NCBI GenBank assembly: GCA_017499595.2
Contig: CM039010.1
Span: forward strand, 2,108,001-2,172,000
Direction of reading: 5' to 3'
DNA: 64,000 nt
DNA from: Psilocybe cubensis
Taxonomy: Eukaryota
This document shows, one piece after another, positions 51,279 to 63,212 of this stretch. The position numbers and the translations under genes are program-made. Positions within the stretch are counted from its first letter, which is position 1. Every line of letters starts with the position of its first letter. The notes beneath the pieces were generated by a model that worked only from the letters and a program-made list of their open reading frames with translations, did not search any database and was not told the DNA's origin.

Positions 51279-53040
51279 TGCGGCCCTTGGTAAAGGCGCC
51301 TATAGTGCCTTGATTATCTGAGTGAATCAGGAGGCGGATGTTGGATAGAGGTAAGCCCTCAATGATGTAGATGAGGAGTTCAATAGCGATGGTTTCCAGC
51401 CAACAGATGTCGCGTCGGCCAACCTTCCAGGAAGAGGACAACTGGAAGGCCGCCCATTTCCCATCAATAACAATACCAATGCCCCAGGAGGTGCTGGCGT
51501 CCACGAAGATCTGTCGATCAACGACGGGACCAAGCGGTGAAAGGAGACGGGTGATGCCCACAGAGGATAAAATGGGAATCCACCAACTGACGTCTGTCAA
51601 AACCGATGGAGGGGGGTAACGGCTTGCGTATTCATTGTCATTAAAGGAGGCAGCGAAGTTAGAGAGGGAAGGGAGGTGTGAACGACCAAGGGGATATACA
51701 ATGGTAATGTAGCAGAGAGAACCGTGCAAACTCTCCACCTGACTGAGTCGACACCGATGGCCACTGAAATTGTCAAGGAAGTGACGAGCGCGGGCGAGGA
51801 ATTTTAGGCGCTTAGGATCGGCCAACGCAACTGTGTGGTTGGCAAAGTCCCAGACCAGGCCCAAAAAGATAGTGGAGGAGGAGAAAGTGCGAGTGCCCTT
51901 GGTGGGATGCCAAGGGACACCTAGGTCACTGACATGCGACATCATTGAGTCCCAATCGTAGTCGTAGCGGAAGGCTCCGTCCACAAAGGGGCCAGAGAGG
52001 GAGGGGCTGCGAAGGATGTTGAGGTCATCCTCGTACTTCAGGATAGGCTTGACGCCAGATGCAATCCAGATATCAACTAGAGCATTGGCAATCATGCCTG
52101 CATTGGAACTGGCGCAAGCAGCACCGAAGGGATGAACATGATCGATGTAGAACTCGTCTTCCCCAAGACCTTGAACAACAAGCCATGGCTTGTGGTCTGG
52201 GAAGACAGGGCATGTGCGGTGGAATTTTTCAATGTCTACCGTCACCGCCTGAGTGCCCGGGGGGGCCATAGCAACCTGAAGAAGGTATCAGAGAGGAAGA
52301 GGGAAAGTCAAGATAAGATGAAGTAGGAAGGGAAGCAAAGAGATGAGGGAGTGCATTGTGCGGATAGAGGAGAAAGGGAAAGGTGGAGGAGGAGGGAGGG
52401 GAGGAGAAAAGGAAGGGATGAAGGGAGGGGAGGGGATGAAAGGAGAAGGAGGGGATGGAGGAGAGGAGGATAGACGTACGATGTCAGCCACGCGGACGGC
52501 AGTGTCAAAGCGTGTCGGAAAATCGGATTTACGGATGAAAGAGTTCACCGATGGAACTTGGGAGGTAGCCTTGGAGAGATTGCGACAAATACGAATTTTG
52601 TCGGGCTCTCCAGGAGCTTGAGGTTGGATTGCAACAATGAGAGGGGAGGATTGGAAAGGTCCGCGGAGGATTTTTTCAATGAGATCTCTGGGGAAAGGAC
52701 CAGTCATACGACCAGCAGAAACCTCGTCATTGATGTAGGCCGAAACCTCCGCAGGAAAGAGAGAACAAGAGGGATGGTTTTTTAGGATGTGGGTGGAGGA
52801 GAGAGGAGGCATGGGACCAAGAGGAAAGCCGGATGAAAGGTTGCGAACAAGGAGTGGGTAAGTTGAGGAGAGGTTGAATTTTTTGAGAGCGGAATGAAAG
52901 GCAGCGGGTGAGTAGGGAGTGACAATGCGCGAAAAGATATTGGGGAGAGTGTGTAAAGAAGGAGAGAATGGGGGGCGGACATGAATGCGAGAGGAAAAGT
53001 CGGGATAAAAAAGGCGGGGAGGAGAAGAGAAGAAAGATGA
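51061..53040 (-). CDS. DIRS/Ngaro reverse transcriptase-RNase H (predicted intron 52276-52479; the ORF extends upstream overlapping gag)
   Basis: EVSAGRMTGPF, SSPL, KIRICRNLS, SVNSFI, DI|VAMAPPGTQAVTVDIEKFHR, PFGAACAS, YEDD, FLGLVWD. RNase H motifs FVDASTSWGIG, WLETIAIE, SDNQG, NPADPLSRG. Confidence 0.9.
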
Positions 53041-53041
53041 A

Positions 53042-54466
53042 TTAGTTGTAGGCAGGTCTTGCCCGACAGGTGAAGGAGAAAGCGTGATGGGATTTAGAAC
53101 CACAGAAGCAGCAGATGTGGGAACGGGCAGTGCCGTGTCCGCATGGGGTAGGGTTGTTGGGGCCCCTGATGTTAAAGGAAAGACAGATTTCTCTGTTGTC
53201 AGGAGCAAGGAGTTTCCCATCTTGGGAGTGGGCCCAGGCATTCTTACCATCTGGGAACTTAGCCGGGACTTTGTCTTTGGGATGGGAGCCGAGGGAGTGA
53301 CCGACCTCTGCACAAAGGAGGCAGATAGGTGGGCCGGTAGATGACCTATTGCCTGATTGAAAAAGAGTGTTGGAGGAGGAATTGCCAGAGCGGCGATTAG
53401 AGGAGAAGGATTTGAAACGAGATACGGACTCTTCGAGTGAAGCAAGTTTGGAGGAGAGGGCTGCCACCTGAGATTGTGCAGCCTGGGCCTGTCTGTACTC
53501 CGAGATAGCATGGTTAAACGCGGTCTCGTAGTCAAGAACAGAGAAACGTTGAAGGAAAGTGTGAGTATCACGACGCAATTTGAACTCTGCCACCTTCCAT
53601 GCCGGATAAAGGGCGACAGAATCAGGGCGAGAGCTCCAGAAAGAAAAATGACCAGTCCAAATGGAAATCCACTCATCATCAGAAGCGCGCTCCCTCTGAA
53701 AGCGGGTATATTGATCGGCAGCTTGCATGAAAGAACCAAAATCAAGGGAAAGCTCTTCCCCCAATTTGGCGGTAAGCTTTTCGATGTCGAGGATGTAGAG
53801 AGCTTTCGAGTCTGGAGAAATTGAATTGGACTTCTTGATAGGAAGGCTGGCAAGGTTGTCAATGATGTAACGGAGACTTTTTTGAGTGAAAAAGGGAAGA
53901 GGGAGATTAGCCTGAGCTTTTTCCGTCTGGAACATGATTTCTGGAAAAGCAATGACGGTAGGAGCCATCGGATCACGAATAGAAAGGGACGAGCCTTGCA
54001 TGCATCTGCGCTTGGCAATTCTGTCCTCAGCAGAGGAAGGGAGGTCTTTGATGGAAGAGTCCTCGATAGATCTTTTCTGTTCTCTGGCAAGGGAGTCCTG
54101 TTCAGAGAGCCAGGCAATGAGATAATCAGGGATTTCATCTTTATCCAGATATTTTTTAGCAATAGCAGGAATTCTGAGCTGAGCCTCGTCATCGGGTGAA
54201 AGAGAGATAACGGAGGCCTCGGGGGATCCGGGCATAGGAAAAGCCGCGGGATCCAGACTATGATTAGCAGTTTTGGTGATGCGCTCGAGATTTTTTGCCA
54301 CAATGGCCTTGTTGCGAGCCAGTTTCAGAGGCAGAGGCAGAGATTTTAAGACAGCATAAGCAGCGGGAACAGCACGGGTAATGTGCGCTCTGGGAGGATT
54401 AGCAGGCGGCGCTGGGACGGGAGACGGTGCGCGAGAGTCGTGAACGGATTGGCCGGCTTCAGACAT
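53042..54466 (-). CDS. DIRS/Ngaro ORF1 (gag-like) with C-terminal Cys/His zinc-finger motifs
   Basis: ATG just inside repeat A1 (MSEAGQ). C-terminal CLLCAEVGHSLGSH and CLSFN..CGH..HICCFCGSKSH motifs. Confidence 0.8.
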   Translation of the reverse strand: MSEAGQSVHDSRAPSPVPAPPANPPRAHITRAVPAAYAVLKSLPLPLKLARNKAIVAKNLERITKTANHSLDPAAFPMPGSPEASVISLSPDDEAQLRIPAIAKKYLDKDEIPDYLIAWLSEQDSLAREQKRSIEDSSIKDLPSSAEDRIAKRRCMQGSSLSIRDPMAPTVIAFPEIMFQTEKAQANLPLPFFTQKSLRYIIDNLASLPIKKSNSISPDSKALYILDIEKLTAKLGEELSLDFGSFMQAADQYTRFQRERASDDEWISIWTGHFSFWSSRPDSVALYPAWKVAEFKLRRDTHTFLQRFSVLDYETAFNHAISEYRQAQAAQSQVAALSSKLASLEESVSRFKSFSSNRRSGNSSSNTLFQSGNRSSTGPPICLLCAEVGHSLGSHPKDKVPAKFPDGKNAWAHSQDGKLLAPDNREICLSFNIRGPNNPTPCGHGTARSHICCFCGSKSHHAFSFTCRARPAYN

Positions 54467-54471
54467 GGCGA

Positions 54472-54773
54472 GCTCAAAAGAAAAATCGGAGGCGAGTCGA
54501 GGGGAAAGACGAGATGAGACTGGACGAGTCTGAAGACGAGCCGGTAGGGGAGAAAAATACGAGGACAACTTTTATTATATAGATGTACAGAAATTAAAGA
54601 ATCAACAGAAGAGACTGGGGAGGTATGACAGGTGAGACCTGACAAGTGTCAGGTTCAGGAACCGGAAGACGTTAAGACGATCATTAAAACAGAGAAGACA
54701 AAACTCAAATAAGCAATCGTCATCCTCGCTGCTATCTTATCCATAGATGAGTGCTACGCACTCATCGTGGAAT
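54472..54773 (-). repeat. Split direct repeat A1
   Basis: Appears identical to 48573-48874. Confidence 0.9.
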
Positions 54774-55534
54774 GCCGGTGTCATTGTCACATATACAATT
54801 TCGTGGGTGCCAGTGTCAGGCAGCCTTGTTACAATACGCAACCGATGTCCAAAAGCAATGTCACTGTATACACTTGCATCGTAAATATATATAGATTTAC
54901 CATGTAAGTTGTCATCAATGAGATGGCCGTTGCTTGTTTGACGCAAACCGAGTGTTACGGAAGTTTTGGGAATCAATCTTTATGTTAAGGGCCCGCTAAA
55001 ATCAGGGTGGCAGTGGATAATTCTGAGACGACTCATCGAAGCGATTTTGAAGCGACTCAGAGCCAACAATGGAACGTGGAAGTCTCAGAATAGCGCTGAA
55101 TAGATATCACAAAATTGTTTTTGGTCGCCTAGGCTGAGCCGGGACTGGGATAGAGCAAGTACGATGATACGATGTGGGCACCAAGGAGCTGTAGACACCA
55201 TCTTGAGATATTCAACTGTATCACTAACACTTGCTTGGTTTTAACTGCCCAGAAGAAGAGAAGACAGTAAGCTTGGGTTCGCCCCCACCACCACTGTATC
55301 TGAGGGCTGCAGAAGGAGAAAGAGGAGGCTCGACAGATTTTAACGCTATACAGATCTCCATGAGGATGTTGGAAATATGGCAGAGATACACGACAGGATG
55401 AGGGGACATTCGGAAGTGTGCGTCAGAATGATCATAGGCCGCCGTTGAGTGGCTTGATGTCTAACTGAAAGAGTTAAAAATGATCCTGAAGCTGAAGGTT
55501 AACAATTCTTTAACTATTGTCGTTAACCGTCTTT

Positions 55535-55685
55535 GCAGACTTCTCCGCCTCGTCCTACACAACAGTACCAGGAACTCCACAACCAGAAATAATACAGAAA
55601 ACAGCACCACCGTTGAACAACACACACTACATCATCTCAAATGCCGAGCGTCCGTCATGGCATTTGCAGAGCCTCACACCCAATG
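55535..55685 (+). pseudogene. Truncated paralogue of the secreted-protein gene at 35099
   Basis: PPLNNTHYIISNAERPSWHLQSLTP versus PPINNTLYIISNAERPSLRLPGLTP. Confidence 0.6.
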
Positions 55686-55745
55686 TTGTTTACCGAGTAT
55701 TGGTGTAGAAGCAGTAATCAACGTATATTCATCTAAATCTAGTAT

Positions 55746-56966
55746 TCAACCTTCGAGCCTCTGTCTTTGTCTCATCTCCTCAACAAGCACCCTCGCCTCC
55801 CCAATCCTGCCCGAGTTCATATAAAGCCGCAATATGGCGCTGAGCATAACCCCATAGGTCCGCGTCCCATCCAGCCCCTCACTCACCAGCTCTTTCCGAA
55901 ACTCCTCCAACTCTCTAACGACGCCCTCATCCACCTTCTTACTGGCTTTCTTGCCCACCCAGGCATCGCTCATCCGGCGATACGCCTCCACGCGCGTGGC
56001 GAACTCTCTGCGCAGGGTATCGGACGTAGGTGAAGCGTGTGTACACGCGTGACACGCGCATGTGAATGCGTAAGGCGCGAGTGCGGCGCGTCGTGCGGTG
56101 AGGGGGAGGTTGACAGAGCAGTAGGAGTGAAAGAGCTGTTCGCCTGCTTTGATCCCCCGCGCGGCGCGTATGTAGAACGCAAAGGAGGCGAGGTCGAAGC
56201 GAGCGTGAATGTTGGGCATGCAGCTGTGATTTTCTTAGTAAATTAAATGGTTGGATTTCGTAGAGCTGTACCTGTGGTTTATCCGTGCTGCGATCTTGCA
56301 TATGGCCGTGTACGCTTTGTCTGTCCCCTCGCCTTCGTCGCTGAGCTCGCGCACAATCCACCCGTTCGTTCGGACGATGCCTAGCAGGGGGCCCTCGTCG
56401 TTATGGCAGTTTGCGAGCTGCATGAAAGCGTCCCGGGAACCAGCGCGCATGCGGCCCACCGCAATGGCTAGCGTGTTCTCAATATTGCTATCGCTAGTCG
56501 CGAGACGCCCACTGTTGACGGGAATCACGAGCAACGGCCGCTCGGCAAAGATGAGCGCGCCTGCGTCAATGTCGCGCGTCGCGAACACGCCTAGGCCCAT
56601 CCCTTTCTCGTGCGCCCCTGCATCGCGCACCTCGTATGCCACACTTTCGCCATCCATGCTTGGGAGCGCACGAGGATACCCCGGGACACCTAACACGCGC
56701 TTCTTTGCGTCCCCCAGTGCGATCCACTCGCTCTGCCCGTCTGGATCTGGTCTGGGGGGGATGGTGGTAAACACGATCGACGCGGGCGAGTGGTCTGTTT
56801 TGTGAGCCTCAGATTTGGTGTAGCGCATTTGTGAATTGATATTAGCACCATCGCGGTCTGCATTTGCGTTGGTGCTGATGTTTGAATTGGAGTTTGCGTT
56901 GGGCGACGGAAGAGGATACAAGGCGCGCTGCTTGACCTTATTCCCGTTCAAGAACCCACGTTTCAT
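55746..56966 (-). CDS. SET-domain protein lysine methyltransferase (SMYD/Set5-like)
   Basis: MKRGFLNG..GMGLGVFATRDIDAGALIFAERPLL..RINH|SCMPN (one intron ~56222-56273)..RAARGIKAGEQLFHSY..post-SET YAFTCACHAC. Confidence 0.88.
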
Positions 56967-57535
56967 TTTGCTTTTTGTGGGTTTGTACGCGACTCTGAAT
57001 TGGTCGTGAGCAATGAGTGTGGAGGGTAAGAGGAAGAGCAAGGAGAGCCACACAAAGACCCTTTAATCTGATTCTGATATTATATCTTGTATCTAACACA
57101 CACGAAGCGACTTTTGTGCCACTCCGAGGAAGTATCTAAAAATGTCAAGAGCAGACGAAAGAATGAAAGAACGGGAAACACTTTCAATATCAGTTTCAGG
57201 ATTTTTAGGACTCATCCCCCGATTGAATGAAACAGTGAAAGTGCGAAAGGGTCTTTGTCTTCTGTTTTCATGTCGATTACAGGTCCTAAGGCGACGTCCA
57301 GGTTAGGCGGTGATGGAGCGTGGGAACATACTTCCGGGCACGTGCGCATGACAACTAGGATTGAGGATTCTGGTTGTCCTCATCGCCGCTAATCTGCCTA
57401 TCCACCCCTCTCGATCCTCTCCATACACACCCCAAACACACATATCCACCTCTTTACGAAAATATACATTTATTAACACCACCACTCAAGCAGTAACTAA
57501 CCCGCAAACCCACCACCAATCCATCACATTTCGCG

Positions 57536-59607
57536 ATGGCCAGCCTGATCGCCATCCTGGACCTCAAGGGCAAGCCGCTGATCCAGCGGTCGTACCGCGA
57601 CGACGTGCCCCCGGCGTACGTGGAGCGGTTCCTGCCGCTTGTGTTGGAGATTGAGGAGGAGGGGCAGCAGGTGACGCCGTGCTTTTCGAGCCAGGGGGTC
57701 AACTATATGCACATCAGGCACTCGAATTTGTACCGTGGGTCTCTTCCCTCTTTCTCATTTTTTTCCAACGCTCATTGATTGTGTGCTTATATCTATCAAT
57801 GGCTTAACATGATTATCTCGCGGTTTTTTGTTTTGTTTTTTATGATGGTAACACCGCTCCCCATATACAGTCCTCGCGCTCTCAAAGCGCAACACCAACG
57901 CGTCCGAAATCATCATCTTCCTCCACCGGCTCACACAGGTTCTCGTCGAGTACTTCAAAGAGCTGGAAGAAGAGTCGATCAGGGATAACTTTGTCATCAT
58001 CTACGAGCTGATGGACGAGATGATGGACTTCGGGTACCCGCAGACGACGGAGAGCAAGATATTGCAGGAGTATATCACGCAGGAGTCGCATAAGCTCGAG
58101 GTGCAGGTGCGGCCGCCGATGGCGGTCACGAATGCGGTGTCGTGGCGCACGGAGGGGATTAGGTATAGGAAGAACGAGGTGTTTTTGGATGTCATTGAGA
58201 GTGTGAATATGTTGGTATGTGTGTTGTCTTTTTTGTGCCCTTGTGGGTTTTTTTTTGTTGGTTGGAATGTTTATGCTCATGAGCGGACTGCAAGGTGAAT
58301 GCCAATGGAAATGTGGTACGCTCAGAGATTTTGGGCGCGGTGAAGATGAAGTGTTATTTGTCTGGTATGCCCGAGCTGCGGCTGGGACTGAACGATAAAG
58401 TCATGTTTGAGAGCACAGGGCGAAGTACGTCCCCCTCCTCCCTTCTCCCTCCTCATCCCCCCTCCTTCCCTCCCTTCCTTCTTTATATAAACCCTAACCC
58501 CCTTCCCCAGCCGCCCGCGGCAAAGCCATCGAAATGGAAGACGTCAAATTCCACCAATGCGTCCGACTCTCGCGCTTCGAAAACGACCGGACGATCTCCT
58601 TCATCCCGCCCGACGGCGAGTTCGAGCTCATGTCATATCGGCTCTCGACGCCCGTCAAGCCGCTGGTGTGGGTCGAGGCGTCCGTGGAGAGTCATAAGGG
58701 AAGTAGGGTGGAGTATATGGTTAAAGTCAAGGCGCAGTTTAAGAGGAGGAGTACGGCGAATAATGTGGAGATTTATGTGCCGGTGCCGGATGATGCGGAT
58801 AGTCCCAAGTTTAGGGTGAGTTTTTTTGTGCTGTTTGCGTGGTTTGTGGGTGGTGGTGGTGGTGGTGGTGGTGGTGGTGGTTTGGGTACGGGTATGGGTA
58901 CGGGTGAATGCTGACTTGTTTGTTTTGCTTCGATGCTTTAGGCGTCCACGGGGAGTGTGCAGTATGCCCCTGATAAATCTGCGTTTGTGTGGAAGATCAA
59001 GCAGTTGGGTGGAAGTCGCGAATTCTTGATGCGCGCGCATTTTGGACTGCCTAGTGTTAAAAGTGGTACGTATACGCGTTTTTTGTTTCTATCATTTTGA
59101 GTTTTTTAATATGATTTATTTATTGATCTTGTCTACGTCTATGTCTACGTCTTTGATCATCGTTCACCATTCCTCAATCCTCTTACCCCTCAATCCCTCA
59201 ATCTCATCAATCACCCACCCCCTCAATCCCTCAATCCCTTCAATCACCCACCTCTACCCAACCCAACCCACCCACCCTACCCCCAACACAGAACAAGACA
59301 TCGACAAACGCGCACCAATAACCGTCCGCTTCGAAATCCCCTACTTCACCGTCTCGGGCATCCAAGTCCGATACCTCAAAATTGTGGAGAAGAGTGGGTA
59401 TCAGGCGTTACCGTGGGTGAGGTATATTACGCAGAATGGGGATGATTATAGGTGGGTTTTTTGTTTTTGTGGTTTTATTTGGGTTTTGGGGGGGGGGGGG
59501 GGGGGGGGGGGGTTGGAGTGGGATTTCGCTGATGCGTTTTTTTTTTCTTTTTTGGTAGTTTGAGGACGGCGTTGGAGAAGGGGAGTGCGCCGATTATGCC
59601 GATGTAA
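57536..59607 (+). CDS. APM1: AP-1 clathrin adaptor complex medium (mu1) subunit
   Basis: MASLIAILDLKGKPLIQRSYRDDV, ELEEESIRDNFVIIYELMDEMMDFGYPQTTESKILQEYIT, VSWRTEGIRYRKNEVFLDVIES, LSGMPELRLGLNDK, FIPPDGEFELMSYR, YQALPWVRYITQNGDDY. Confidence 0.96.
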
Positions 59608-61140
59608 GAGGGAAAGAGCAAGAAGGAAGAGGGAAGAGGAAGGCTGGCGTTTTTTTCTCTGTCTCTCTGTCTTTTTTTTTGTGTGTAGGTGTAATATGTG
59701 CGTATGTGCGTGTGCGTAGGTGTGTGTAATTAGATTATGTGTGGTGTTGGTGTTGGTGTTGGTTTTGGTTTTGGTTTTCTTTTACCTTTGCTTTTTTGAT
59801 TTGGTGTTGTTGCTTTGGGAGTAAATATTCGATTCGGAATTGTAGCTGGGTTTGGATCTGAGGTGCAAGTGCAAGTGTAAATGTAGGTTGAAAGTTTTTA
59901 ATTGGGCACAGTTCAGTGTTGTCAGGATTCAGGAATTGTGAAGTTTGACTTTGGAACAGCTCAGGGGACGCGTCGCCAATTTTTTTATGTTTCTTGCTGG
60001 TTTTTTTAGGTTTAGATCACTCGAATCTGGGTGTTATCAATGGAATCGAAGCGAAATTACGATGATGGTTCCCGTGCACTCTGAGTAGAGCATAAGCGCG
60101 TGCGCGCACCTACTGGAAATGTTGTTTTTGCATTTGCCAAAAAAAAGAAAAAAAAAAGAACTCTGCGATGATGTTGTATTTAATTGAATAAGAGATTATG
60201 GGGTACGAAATTGGTGTCAGTCCGATTTTCCAAGTAACCAAGTATTTGCGTGGTCTAATAATCTAATTCTAATTGTTGGTGTTGGTTGTGGACTGTGCAA
60301 TGTGCAATGACCCGCGTCATGCATTCATGATCAGATCCTCGGGCCTCGATCCTTGCGTCTAATTTAATGCGTGTCCAAACACCGACCGCCTTTGGTAGTA
60401 GGGTCAATAGGTTTATAGGTCAAATGGTCAACAGGTCAACGGGTCAATAGGTCAACGGATGGAACGGTGCGCTGGTGAATCGTGAACATATTGTGGAGAA
60501 TGTGGATGGATGTCTGCCTATGGGTATGGTGTTGTGCGGACAGATACGGATGTGGGTGGTTGCGGTTGGGTAACGGTCGTCTGGATTGGAACGGTGCAAG
60601 TTTTTTTTTAATGCGGTGTGACACGACGGGCTTTCAAATTTCAAGATTAGCGGAGTTTTTGAGCGGCTGACGTTTGGGATTCAAGTTAAAATCGCCAATG
60701 GGTGTTCTGGGTTGACCTTGAGCGCGGTGGGTAGATGAGGCGGGTGGTGAGATGGAGGTGTTGTCTAGGAGGCAGAGAGATTTGGGATTAATCTGATATA
60801 TGCTCGGATTCCGAACAGCGAACGCTGGGGTCTGGAGCTGGCGCTGTCTGGAGGAAGCGCTCAACGGAAAGACCGCCACGTCAAGGATAGTTCCAACGGA
60901 GTACCCATCTACGCCAGAGAAACATACTTACCCAGACTTTCAAGACTTTGCAAGTTAATAAAGGACAGATATGTCGAGACGAAATGCGCTTATCTTATCT
61001 TATCTCGAGTGTACCCACATGTTTGTTTGTCACACCTATAGCTTCCGAGGCTCCGCCACCCCACGCGAGTAGTGGTCTCTGCCTCTGCCACCAACTCACC
61101 TCACCTTACCTTACCTCACCTCAACTCAACGGCGCCCTCC

Positions 61141-63212
61141 ATGTCGGATGAGTGCACTCCGGTAAGCCTCCTCCTCCACCTCACATACGCCAACCAAACT
61201 CACAACACCACCAACCAATACGAATGCCTATACCAACCCCAATACCAATACAAACCCAAAATTAACGCTTTCATGCACAACTTTATGATCGCATACAGCA
61301 CCACGACTGGCTCAACGCCCTCTTAACCTTCGGTCTCTGCTGCGGCCTCGTCATCTCGTATCTGCCGCAGCACTTCCGGATTATCCATGCCAAGTCGTCA
61401 GAGGGGTTCAGCCCCGTGTTTCTCCTCCTCGGAACGACGTCCGCTGCGTGTGGTATGTTCAACATGTAAGTCGCGCGCTGTGTTGCTTGTAATGGGCTGG
61501 GCTGTACAGTAATGGGTGGGCTGTATTGTGCTGGACACTGGGAGTGGGAGCGCGGTGCTGCAGGTGCAAGTGCAAATGTCGAATAAGAACGCTAATGAAC
61601 ACGAATGTGAACAGGATCACGCTGCAAGCTCCGATTGTCAAGTGCTGTCGCGTCGTTGTGCGTGTGTTTTGCTTTGACGAGTCTGTTCTATTGTGCGCTT
61701 TGATTGACGCGACGTGACCTGCGTCATATTGCAGAGCTTTGGAAGCTGCGCGGAGATGACGGCGGGCGTGGTTCAAGTCAGCTTGCAGTGGATATGTTTC
61801 GGATTCGTGTACGTCCCTTCCCTTGCTTTTCACCATTGACAAAGTACCTCACTGATGAATAAATCTGGGGTTTAGGTTTGTTTTGTATATGATATACTAC
61901 CCACAGCACCTGCGCTACGCCGGCATCCGTCTTGACACCGAGCAGCCGCTGTCGTCTGCTGACCACAGCACGAGCACGAGCAACATGAAGACGAAGACGA
62001 AGACGGGCGTGCGAAGCGCGGAGTGGCGGCTCTCGGTGATTCTGGCGTGGATCACCGTCGCGCACTTGTGCGTCCTTCCCCTCCTCCCTCCCTCTTACCC
62101 TCCCTTACTTACTTACTTACTTTAACCCATATCAATCTTTGTGAAACAGCGTCTTCGTGGCTCTTACAACCGCGTACCTCCTAAGCACCACCACCTTCCC
62201 CCCAGCCCCATCCCCTGCTCCCTTACCCCCTACCCCTCCCACACCCACACCCGCACCCACACCCACACCCACCCCTCACCTCCCCCCACAAATATCCGCC
62301 TGGGCAACACTCCTCGGGCTCTCCTCCGCCTCGCTCGCAGCCATCCAATACGCCCCGCAGCTAGCGCACACGTACCGCACGAGGTTGGTGGGTGCGCTGA
62401 GTGTCCCGATGATGTGTATTCAGACGCCTGGTGGTGTGTTGATGGTGTTGAGTATTGTGTGGAGGCCTGGGACGAATTGGACGAGTGAGTGTTTGATTTT
62501 TTTGGGGGTTTTGGTTTTTGGTTTTGGTTGGGGTTGGGGTTGGGCTTTTGGTTGTGGTTGGTTGTTGAGTGCGGTGTCGCTATTTTCTATTTCTAACCAT
62601 CACATACTGTTTTTCATTGGACTTTTTTCACCCACTTTTCACCCCCTTTCACCACATTTAACCTTGACTAAATTCGAATTTACAGGTTGGATAACGTTCG
62701 CTGTCGCCGCGCTTTTACAAGGATGTCTACTTGCGATGTGTATAGCTTGGAAAATCCGCCAGCGAAGATTGGGAATTGACGATTTTGGGAATGCGCTCCT
62801 TGACCCGGCGTCGTCTCCCCCCACCTCTACGCACAACGCGACGTACGGCGCTACAGACACAAACGCAAACGCAAACACATCTACGACCACAAGAGCCGGA
62901 AACGTAGAAAACGTGTCAGTAGAAGAGGTGGAGGATATCGTACCAGTCCCGGGTCTAGTGACGACACCATCGGAAGACCCGCGCGCTGTACGCGCTGTGT
63001 TGGCTGCTGCGCTCGAGTCGGCGGCGGAGAGTCGGTTGGTGGATGTGGGGGATGAGCGGACGCCGTTGTTGGGTGGGGGTGGGTCTGGTGTTGTGGGTGC
63101 GGGTGCGGGTGCGAGCGGGAGTGGGGGTGGGGTTGGGGGTGGGACGGGGGCGGGGAGCAAGCAGGTGAGCGAGGAGGTGAAAGGGTGGCAGGCGTGGTTT
63201 CGCCGTAGATGA
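61141..63212 (+). CDS. PQ-loop repeat membrane protein
   Basis: GLCCGLVISYLPQHFRIIHAKSSEGFSPVFLLLG (first PQ loop) and LAAIQYAPQLAHTYRTRLVGALSVPMMCIQTPG (second PQ loop). Acidic dileucine-like DERTPLL near the C-terminus. Confidence 0.9.

Larger units (their letters stand above)
48228..54773 (-). mobile_element. Full-length Ngaro-type DIRS (tyrosine-recombinase) retrotransposon
   Basis: In element sense: A1 (54773-54472), gag, RT/RNaseH, YR, B1 (49179-48873), A2 (48874-48573), 38-bp spacer, B2 (48534-48228). This is the split-direct-repeat architecture of Ngaro elements. AT is shared at both ends and at the B1/A2 junction. Confidence 0.92.

Noticed and set aside
58849-59512. (GGT)n, (CCCTCAAT)-like and poly-G tracts
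   Set aside because: Intronic low-complexity sequence in APM1; not telomeric or CRISPR-like.
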